A stretch of 32,000 bases of DNA from an uncultured Candidatus Micrarchaeota archaeon (GTDB lineage Archaea; Micrarchaeota; Micrarchaeia; Micrarchaeales; Micrarchaeaceae), in NCBI GenBank assembly GCA_963741095.1, contig CAVUGN010000011.1, forward strand, positions 9,326 through 41,325. The letters are read 5' to 3'. How positions within the stretch are numbered: position 1 is the first letter of the stretch; every line of letters starts with the position of its first letter. Below, in pieces: positions 24,628 to 30,646 of this stretch. The notes under the pieces are model-generated. The model saw only the letters and a program-made list of their open reading frames with translations. It did not search any database and was not told where the DNA came from. A program made the position numbers and the translations under genes.

Positions 24628-24893
24628 CCCTCGATCACCTTACCGTATTCACCGTCCAGTCCTTTCGATATGTACGCGGCAGCGTCCTTGGGTTCAGCAC
24701 CGACGAAAAACTTCACCTTCGCCAGGAACACGCCCTTGTTTTCCATCAAGTTGACTGCCTTCACGCGCTTTAGGGCAAGGAGCCTTTCCGCAAGACGTTC
24801 GCTGACACCGCTCTTCGAATTCCCGAAGTAGAGACGGTGCCAAACCGCATGGCTCGCGCTAACCCTTGTTATTTTTCCACCCGTATTACACAC
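24624..24893 (-). CDS. Stand-alone RAM-domain-like protein, 89 aa (paralogue of the 86-aa protein)
   Basis: RLYFGNSKSGVSERLAERLLALKRVKAVNLMENKGVFLAKVKF has the same pattern as the 86-aa protein. It has a GTG start and differs from copy 2 at 9 aa. Confidence 0.55.
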   Translation of the reverse strand: MCNTGGKITRVSASHAVWHRLYFGNSKSGVSERLAERLLALKRVKAVNLMENKGVFLAKVKFFVGAEPKDAAAYISKGLDGEYGKVIEG

Positions 24894-24939
24894 CCACTTA
24901 TTTGCTTACTTTTACATCATCCTGACAAACATGAAAATA

Positions 24940-25140
24940 TCATCTGGACGCTAAAACAGCCCGCGCGGATCCGGATCCGTCAAGCAGCATAACCGACCTT
25001 CCGGTCCTTTCCAGCTCGCACGCGTTAATGTGCCAAAGATATGCGACTGGATTCTCATGCTCCATACCGCACATCCAGCACTGGTATGCATTATCGTGCC
25101 CTCCCAAAAAGATATCTTTTATTCTTGTTCCCATGCCCAT
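24940..25140 (-). CDS. C2HC (C2H2-like) zinc-finger protein, 66 aa
   Basis: YQCWMCGMEHENPVAYLWHINAC gives C-x2-C-x12-H-x3-C, the classical zinc-finger spacing. It is the first gene of the micro-operon. Confidence 0.55.
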   Translation of the reverse strand: MGMGTRIKDIFLGGHDNAYQCWMCGMEHENPVAYLWHINACELERTGRSVMLLDGSGSARAVLASR

Positions 25141-25265
25141 TCTACCACCCCATCAATCATGAGGGTAGGGGGTTGCACCGCGGAAGCATGGTGATAATGT
25201 GGAGGACGAGCTTGCGCTGATCCGTAGAAAATTCTTACTTCCACCCCTGTACAACCTACACACCC
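25141..25265 (-). promoter_or_regulatory. Conserved 125-nt non-coding leader of the micro-operon (candidate structured RNA)
   Basis: By eye there are only 5 substitutions versus 30350-30474, so it is better conserved than the adjacent zinc-finger CDS. There is no ORF. Nested complementary segments and a GCAA-capped hairpin are possible on the minus-strand transcript. Confidence 0.35.
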
Positions 25266-25413
25266 ATATGATATTATGAACTTTGTTGTATATATAAGCA
25301 GCCTCGGTTTTTAAGCTGAAGAAACTATAAAAATTGCTATTTTTGTTTAATATTTTTCCAGTTATTCAAATATCATATACTGTATAATTAGGAATATAGA
25401 GGAGATTAGTAAA

Positions 25414-25423
25414 GTATAAATAT
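25414..25423 (+). promoter_or_regulatory. TATA box for the double-Lrp gene
   Basis: gtATAAATATc is centred ~28 nt upstream of ATG 25446. The same ATAAATATC core sits ~26 nt upstream of the paralogue start (30617-30625). Confidence 0.4.
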
Positions 25424-25445
25424 CTGGCTCTATACAATATTATAT

Positions 25446-26867
25446 ATGAAAGAGATACCTTTTGAGGCAAACAAGGAGCTCGAGCGCCTCAAGAAAGAGT
25501 ACAAAGCGTACCTTTACGTCAGGATCATAGACGGAAAGTTCTATGTCTACAAAGGGAGCTCAATTTGGGATAAAGAAACTAAGAAGGTGAGGGGGCTTAC
25601 CGAGTATCTAGGACGGATAGATGAAAACGGGAAGTTCATAAAGAAGATTTCTAACAAAAAAAAGATCCCGATACAGACGCTCGTTCAAGGAACTGCTCCG
25701 CAAGCCATCCAAACGCTGGTCGACCAGTCTGAGATAAAATTATTGAGAATCCTGAGCATGAATGCAAAGGCAGATTTGTCTTTTCTCGGAAAGAAGTTTC
25801 TAGGGATCAACTCTTCCGCAACATTCTACAAAGTAAGGCAGCTGAAGGAGAGATATGGCATAAAGGGTATTGCTGAAATAGATGTTACGAAGCTTGGCTA
25901 CACTGACTATATAGCTTTTGTGAAATTCGAGGGCGACAAGCCAAGCGCGGATAACATAAGGAAGGCCACTTTGGACGAAAGCCAGGTGCAACTAGTGCTT
26001 GCTACCAACGGCGAATATGACTTAATAATATACTTCTTAGCCAAGGATAATTTCGATGCATCGGAATTCATATTCAATTTGAGGTACAAGGAGCATCTGA
26101 AGACATGTATATCACAATGGTATTTCTCTCCCATTGACATATGTTATAACTTTATTCCATTAAGAGACCAGTTTTTCGAGCTGATGAAAGAAAAAGTATG
26201 GGTAAAGAGCAGGGAAAGTCAACGCAGATTGGAGGGGCAGCTCACCATCAAGGAGTACAATATACTAAGGGAATTGAACAGAAATGGTGTCGCAAAGTTC
26301 TCAGAAATGGACAAGAAACACGGGCTGGGCGGGGAAGAAACCGCATACATCTACGAAAAGCTTATTGAGAGAGGTATACTCAAGAGGATGACAGTAAGTC
26401 TTCAGAAAATACCTTTGCAATATAACGCAGTAATCATAATGGGTGTGGTTGACAACAATGGCTTCAGGCGGACTAGAGACAGGCTGCTGATGGATGTAAT
26501 AGAGGAGAACGGTACGCCTATCAACAAGTATTCTGTAATGGGAAACATAGGAAACCCTGATGGCGTCATGTTTATAATGCCGATAACTCCGAACAACAGG
26601 CTCGATGTATTCGAAAGTGAGTTCAAGGAGAGGATAAAAGGTGTGGCACTTAGAACTCTCATAGTCACTGACGTGCTCGTTGGTTCATTATGTTACAGGA
26701 AGTTTGACAACGCAAAGTCTAGGCAATACCGGGCACTGCGGATGGAGGGCAATACAGAGCTATCATTAGCCGATGTAGACTACGATGAAACAGTTAGAAG
26801 GAAGCAAGTTATCAAGAAAGGTGAGGATACAATAGAAGAACTACTCGCCAATAATGAAAATATATAA
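25446..26867 (+). CDS. Tandem Lrp/AsnC-like protein: N-terminal basic hairpin motif plus two HTH+RAM modules
   Basis: Module 1 is EIKLLRILSMNAKADLSFLGKKFLGINSSATFYKVRQLKERYGI (HTH), then YTDYIAFVKFEG...VQLVLATNGEYDLIIYF (RAM). Module 2 is EYNILRELNRNGVAKFSEM...YIYEKLIERGIL (HTH), then YNAVIIMGVVD...VMGNIGNPDGVMFIM (RAM). The N-terminus reads YLYVRIIDGKFYVYKGSSIWDKETKKVRGLTEYLGRI. Confidence 0.6.
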   Translation: MKEIPFEANKELERLKKEYKAYLYVRIIDGKFYVYKGSSIWDKETKKVRGLTEYLGRIDENGKFIKKISNKKKIPIQTLVQGTAPQAIQTLVDQSEIKLLRILSMNAKADLSFLGKKFLGINSSATFYKVRQLKERYGIKGIAEIDVTKLGYTDYIAFVKFEGDKPSADNIRKATLDESQVQLVLATNGEYDLIIYFLAKDNFDASEFIFNLRYKEHLKTCISQWYFSPIDICYNFIPLRDQFFELMKEKVWVKSRESQRRLEGQLTIKEYNILRELNRNGVAKFSEMDKKHGLGGEETAYIYEKLIERGILKRMTVSLQKIPLQYNAVIIMGVVDNNGFRRTRDRLLMDVIEENGTPINKYSVMGNIGNPDGVMFIMPITPNNRLDVFESEFKERIKGVALRTLIVTDVLVGSLCYRKFDNAKSRQYRALRMEGNTELSLADVDYDETVRRKQVIKKGEDTIEELLANNENI

Positions 26868-27030
26868 TGCAGGAATAGAATGCAATAACTACTGATGTAT
26901 CTTACAGAAATTAGCTAATTAAACTACCCTCCTGGTCCTTCCATATCTTCACCTGTCCAAACATCTCTGAAAAGGCTTAAATAGCTTGTGTCCGTTTGAA
27001 ATGGGCCAGCGCGAATGCTCGTATAAACAA

Positions 27031-27056
27031 CATCGAACCACGTCGGGCGATGTTGT
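27031..27056 (+). repeat. Cassette-boundary repeat, copy D (short, degenerate)
   Basis: CATCGAACCACGTCGGGCGATGTTGT aligns with the 5' part of copies A-C. It can form an AACATCG/CGATGTT hairpin. Confidence 0.5.
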
Positions 27057-27119
27057 ATAATTGTCTTCATCACGGTGCATAGATAAGTATTTATACTTAT
27101 TCTACATAATATACTTAAT

Positions 27120-27350
27120 GTGATGAAGATGACAAACATGACACTGGCCCTGCCGGAAGCGCTCACTGAGATAATGAAACGGCACAAGGACATAAAATGG
27201 AGCGAGGTGGCCCGCGAGGCCATCTGGGACAAGGCGAGGAAGCTGGAGCTCATGGACAAGATCCTCTCCAAGAGCGAATTGACCGAAAAGGACGCGTTGG
27301 CGATAGGCGCGAAGATAAACGAAGCCGTAGCTAAGAGGCATGGGTTATAA
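27120..27350 (+). CDS. vapB: Ribbon-helix-helix antitoxin (VapB-like)
   Basis: MTLALPEALTEIMKRH...WSEVAREAI is a CopG/RHH-type N-terminus. It overlaps the PIN gene by 11 nt. The ATG at 27123 is an alternative start. Confidence 0.65.
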   Translation: MMKMTNMTLALPEALTEIMKRHKDIKWSEVAREAIWDKARKLELMDKILSKSELTEKDALAIGAKINEAVAKRHGL

Positions 27351-27759
27351 CGTGATCCTGGTCGTGGACGCCAATGTGGTGATTGCCGCATTGGTAAAGA
27401 ATGGCAAAGTGCGTGAGATCCTGCTTAGCGACAAGTTCAAGTTCGTCGCACCTGATTTCGTGAAAGAGGAGACTCTGAAATACCTCGATCTAATAAAACA
27501 AAAGTCGGGACTTGCGAAAGACGACCTGGACCTGCTCATAACCCTACTGTTCCAAGAGATAGAAACCATACCCAGAAGCGAGTATCAATCGCAACTTCCC
27601 AAAGCCGAAAGGATGATAAAAAATGATGTAAAGGATGCACCATACGTTGCATGCTACCTGGCGCTGAAATGCGACGGGATCTGGACGAACGACTCGGACT
27701 ATGATGGAAAACCAGAACTGAAAGTGTTCAAAACAGAATACCTTCTGAAATTATTGTAA
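27340..27759 (+). CDS. vapC: PIN-domain toxin (VapC-like)
   Basis: LVVDANVVIAALV (first Asp), FVKEETLKYL (Glu), DAPYVACYLAL (Asp) and WTNDSDY (Asp) are the four acidic PIN residues, in order. Confidence 0.75.
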   Translation: MGYNVILVVDANVVIAALVKNGKVREILLSDKFKFVAPDFVKEETLKYLDLIKQKSGLAKDDLDLLITLLFQEIETIPRSEYQSQLPKAERMIKNDVKDAPYVACYLALKCDGIWTNDSDYDGKPELKVFKTEYLLKLL

Positions 27760-27780
27760 TCCACAACCTTTAGACTTGGG

Positions 27781-27854
27781 CATCGTCGAACCATGTTGAA
27801 CCACGTCGAACGACGTCGTTTCCCAATTGCACTTTTACGACGAAGAACCGGCTC
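27781..27854 (+). repeat. Cassette-boundary repeat, copy A (full length, degenerate att-like end)
   Basis: The sequence is CATCGTCGAACCATGTTGAACCACGTCGAACGACGTCGTTTCCCAATTGCACTTTTACGACGAAGAACCGGCTC. It shares both halves with copy C, including the terminal CCGGCTC of the att core. Confidence 0.7.
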
Positions 27855-27865
27855 GCGTCGTGCTA

Positions 27866-28186
27866 CTAGATCTCCAAACCCTCTTTGAGAGCGGCACTGA
27901 CCAAAGTGATACCTTTTGCCTCCCTCTCGAACTCATTTTTGGTGTAGCTTAAGAAATCCACGGGATAGTCTATCCCCTGCGATACGTGCCATTCCAAAAG
28001 GAGCTTGCTGATCAGCTTCTTTACGGGTTTCCTGATCACAACCAGAAGGTCCACATCGCTGTCCTTCTTTGCCTCGCCTCTTGCCGAAGAACCGAAGAGT
28101 ATGATCCGCTCTATTCCGTACGGCTTGGCGACGCTCTCCTTGAAGCCTTTTATCGTTTTTATCAATTGAGGATTGACCTTACCCAT
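27866..28186 (-). CDS. Minimal nucleotidyltransferase (MNT) of a HEPN/MNT pair
   Basis: ILFGSSARGEAKKDSDVDLLVV is the GSxxRG...DxD NTase motif. It overlaps the HEPN gene by 25 nt. Confidence 0.8.
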   Translation of the reverse strand: MGKVNPQLIKTIKGFKESVAKPYGIERIILFGSSARGEAKKDSDVDLLVVIRKPVKKLISKLLLEWHVSQGIDYPVDFLSYTKNEFEREAKGITLVSAALKEGLEI

Positions 28187-28584
28187 TCCAAAACACCTTC
28201 ACACTTTTCAATCACGTCCTTTGCTTCATCTTCCGAAACGGACCTTGTTACTGGATAGCGCGTATCCACGTAATACTCGGTAAGATCGGCACAATAATTA
28301 ACTATCTCTGCAGTTGCCTTAATGCTTTGGGCGAGCTTCACGAGGTCATGCGTCCTGTCAAATCGGCTCAACTTCTCTATCTGTGCAGCTTTCAACGCCT
28401 TCTCCGCTACCTGCTGGGCATAAAAGGATGCGTCCTTGAGCCTCTCGCTTTCATAGAGAAGCTTTGCAGTCACGAGATTGTCCTCGGCTTCTTTTATCCA
28501 CACTCGTGCATCATCTTTCATGTCCTCATAAGAATTTGCCTTAAAAACCTTAATAATGTTTGCAGTTGGGCCACATTCATCCAA
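28162..28584 (-). CDS. HEPN-domain protein of a HEPN/MNT pair
   Basis: AKLLYESERLKDASFYAQQVAEKALKAAQ, THDLVKLA and YYVDTRYP (the R-x4-6-H-type HEPN region). The likely true start is ATG 28521. Confidence 0.75.
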   Translation of the reverse strand: MDECGPTANIIKVFKANSYEDMKDDARVWIKEAEDNLVTAKLLYESERLKDASFYAQQVAEKALKAAQIEKLSRFDRTHDLVKLAQSIKATAEIVNYCADLTEYYVDTRYPVTRSVSEDEAKDVIEKCEGVLEWVRSILN

Positions 28585-28654
28585 AATATTTGAATATGTG
28601 TTTTTTTTAAGTGAGTCTTATTCCTTCGTAATGACTCCTAACTCGAAACACAAA

Positions 28655-28696
28655 CATCGTCGAACCACTTCGAACACCGTCGTTTCCCAATTGCAC
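28655..28696 (+). repeat. Cassette-boundary repeat, copy B (5' half only)
   Basis: CATCGTCGAACCACTTCGAACACCGTCGTTTCCCAATTGCAC matches copy A except for the 9-nt internal duplication in A. It diverges after TTGCAC. Confidence 0.7.
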
Positions 28697-28746
28697 CGCC
28701 AAAGTACCACACCATAAGAAATATAAAGCAGAAATGCACAATATTA

Positions 28747-28995
28747 GTGATAAAGATGGAAATGGAAGTGTACGGATTCAAAGCCAAGATAACCAAGGAA
28801 GGTAAGTATCTCATAGGCGAGATACCGGAGCTGCATGTAGCTGATCAGGCCAAGACCCTGAAGGAACTCGAGAGCGAACTCAAGGATGCGGTAAGCCTAG
28901 TTGTAAATCTTATCCTGGACAATCCAAAAGATGCAGCCAAGAACTTCGGTAACGGTGTCATAAGAAAGCTGAGCGTTCAGGTAATCCGCGCATAG
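28747..28995 (+). CDS. hicB: HicB-like antitoxin
   Basis: YGFKAKITKEGKYLIGEIPELHVADQAKTLKELESELKDAV fits the HicB/UPF0150 N-terminal fold pattern. It lies immediately upstream of hicA. The probable start is ATG 28756. Confidence 0.6.
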   Translation: MIKMEMEVYGFKAKITKEGKYLIGEIPELHVADQAKTLKELESELKDAVSLVVNLILDNPKDAAKNFGNGVIRKLSVQVIRA

Positions 28996-29003
28996 GTGTA
29001 TCC

Positions 29004-29225
29004 ATGTCGCGGTTACGCCCGCTGAAAAGTCCTCTCCTCATAAAGGTGCTGCAGAAATACTACGGCTACAACGCACGCTCTGGAAGCGGCAGGCATATAG
29101 TTTTGCAGGACTCGGATGGTCATACGACTGTGATCCAGCTTAACATGGAACTCGGCAAAGGCATCCTGAAGAAGATACTAAATCAAACTGATTTGAAGTG
29201 GAAAGAAATAGAGAAGTACCTCTAA
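29004..29225 (+). CDS. hicA: HicA-like mRNA interferase toxin
   Basis: LIKVLQKYYGYNARSGSGRHIVLQDSDGHTTVIQLNMELGKGILKKILNQTDL follows the HicA pattern (GF..x..GSH...P.H..l..G.l..Il). Confidence 0.7.
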   Translation: MSRLRPLKSPLLIKVLQKYYGYNARSGSGRHIVLQDSDGHTTVIQLNMELGKGILKKILNQTDLKWKEIEKYL

Positions 29226-29229
29226 ATGA

Positions 29230-29300
29230 CATCGTCGAACCACGTCGACCAACGATGTTTCTCAATCACACTTTTACGTCGAAGGACCGGCTCCCCACCA
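29230..29300 (+). repeat. Cassette-boundary repeat, copy C, fused to the duplicated att core
   Basis: CATCGTCGAACCACGTCGACCAACGATGTTTCTCAATCACACTTTTACGTCGAAGGACCGGCTCCCCACCA. It starts 5 nt after the hicA stop, and its last 14 nt equal the tRNA-Pro 3' end. Confidence 0.75.
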
Positions 29301-29419
29301 GGAAAATTATCGACGACAAAATTCGTCTTTTCGATGGATGTTGGAGATGTGGACTGTATTCAACAAAACTACATGTAAATCTGGTATAGTTCCAGGTATA
29401 GTCTTGAGTATAGCCTATA

Positions 29420-29680
29420 TTATTTCCTATACTCATAATGGCTCACGGCCTTGCCGTACCTGCTACTTATGTTCTTTGAGATGTAATCAGCGACATCTAA
29501 CGGCTCCTTGCCGTCCGTGAACCTGGCCTTGACCACGAATCCGCAGTCGCCTTCGGTCAGTAGGACCTCCTTGACGGACTCGAACATCATCAGCTTCTCT
29601 GCGATCCCGCCGGCGTCTGCGTTCTCTTTTGGCCTTACGAAATAGAGCCCGTACATCGCGCCTATTCTCTTTTTACCCAT
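29420..29680 (-). CDS. Stand-alone RAM-domain-like protein, 86 aa (copy 2)
   Basis: The protein is identical to 24211..24471. Confidence 0.6.
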   Translation of the reverse strand: MGKKRIGAMYGLYFVRPKENADAGGIAEKLMMFESVKEVLLTEGDCGFVVKARFTDGKEPLDVADYISKNISSRYGKAVSHYEYRK

Positions 29681-29695
29681 GTCAATCCACCATAA

Positions 29696-29839
29696 TCATA
29701 ATCGGTCTATATCAAGCAACTTGACGAACACGCTGTGGCATCTGTCACACTCCTCGATCACGAACCTGCCGTTCACCACACGCTTGCATACCAGCCTTCC
29801 TGTTCTGCACCTACTGCATGCAACTCCCTCGCTGTTCAT
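29696..29839 (-). CDS. 47-aa zinc-ribbon protein (copy 2, not in the ORF track)
   Basis: Hand translation gives MNSEGVACSRCRTGRLVCKRVVNGRFVIEECDRCHSVFVKLLDIDRL. It has the same ATGA overlap with the upstream gene. Confidence 0.6.
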   Translation of the reverse strand: MNSEGVACSRCRTGRLVCKRVVNGRFVIEECDRCHSVFVKLLDIDRL

Positions 29840-30105
29840 CCCTCGATCACCGTTCCGTAGTCGCCGTCCAGTCCTTTCGATATGTACGCGGTAGCGTCCT
29901 TGGGTTCAGCACCGACGAAAAACTTCACCTTCGCCAGGAACACGCCCTTGTTTTCCATCAGGTTGACTGCCTTCACGCGCTTCAGTGCAAGCAGCCTGTC
30001 TGCAAGGCGCTCGCTGACACGGCTCTTTGGATTCCCGAAGTAGAACCGGTGCCAAACAGCATGGCTCGCGCTGACACTTGTTACTTTTCCACCCGTATTA
30101 CACAC
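29836..30105 (-). CDS. Stand-alone RAM-domain-like protein, 89 aa (copy 2)
   Basis: It differs at 9 of 89 aa from 24624..24893. Confidence 0.55.
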   Translation of the reverse strand: MCNTGGKVTSVSASHAVWHRFYFGNPKSRVSERLADRLLALKRVKAVNLMENKGVFLAKVKFFVGAEPKDATAYISKGLDGDYGTVIEG

Positions 30106-30151
30106 CCACTTCTCTTGCTTTCTTTACCTCATTCTGACAAACATGAAGACA

Positions 30152-30349
30152 TCATCTGGATGCGGAAACAGCCCGCATTCCTAACTCGCCAAGCAGCATC
30201 ACCGGCCTGCCGGTCCTTTCCAACTCGCAGGCGTTTATGTGCCACAGATATGCAACTGGATTCTCATGCTCCATTCCGCACATCCAGCACTGGTACATAT
30301 TATCGTGCCCTCCAAAGAAGATATCCTTTATCCTTGTTCCCATGCCCAT
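30152..30349 (-). CDS. C2HC zinc-finger protein, 65 aa (copy 2)
   Basis: The zinc-finger core is identical to copy 1. The C-terminal ~15 aa diverge, with a 1-codon indel. Confidence 0.55.
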   Translation of the reverse strand: MGMGTRIKDIFFGGHDNMYQCWMCGMEHENPVAYLWHINACELERTGRPVMLLGELGMRAVSASR

Positions 30350-30646
30350 TCTACCATCCTATCAATCATAAGGGTAGGGGGTTGCACCGCGGAAGCATGG
30401 TGATAATGTGGAGGACGAGCTTGCGCTAATCCATAGAAAATTCTTACTTCCACCCCTGTACAACCTACACACCCGTATAGTATCGCGTCATATCCGGTAT
30501 TTATTAGATACAGAAGACAGGGCGGTAGTATTGATAAAGCGAAAACATTAAAACATATAAATTTATCATTAAGCGCTCAATCTTCAATTGTTATACATTA
30601 AGGATTTAACAAAAGGAATAAATATCCTCTTATTTGATATAACTAC

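Larger units (their letters stand above)
24078..25265. repeat. Long direct repeat, copy 1 (1188 nt)
   Basis: It aligns with 29287-30474 at a constant offset of 5209, with compensating 3-nt indels. It starts inside the tRNA-Pro T-stem/acceptor. Confidence 0.95.
24078..29286. mobile_element. Putative integrated element 1 at tRNA-Pro (core module plus TA cassette array)
   Basis: It is bounded by direct copies of the tRNA 3' end, ccggctccccacca (24078-24091 and 29287-29300). Cargo is typical of mobile DNA (three TA pairs). No integrase is recognised inside. Confidence 0.55.
29287..30474. repeat. Long direct repeat, copy 2 (1188 nt)
   Basis: See copy 1. It has the same gene order and the same leader. 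Confidence 0.95.

Noticed and set aside
26924-27391. 155-aa minus-strand ORF between the double-Lrp gene and vapBC
   Set aside because: Most of it is antisense to the RHH antitoxin gene, which has a convincing motif and coupling to the PIN gene. The rest covers the repeat-D and promoter region.
27031-29300. Canonical integron (IntI plus attC) interpretation of the TA cassette array
   Set aside because: There is no IntI-like gene in the window. The repeats lack the R''/R' RYYYAAC...GTTRRRY cores, with GTCGAAC the nearest match. The cassettes carry their own promoters and are not uniformly oriented. I kept it only as a loose functional analogy in the finding.
27031-29300. CRISPR array
   Set aside because: There are only four imperfect repeats of 26-74 nt separated by 600-840-nt gene-containing units, with no short regular spacers. 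No other CRISPR-like periodicity is visible anywhere in the window.
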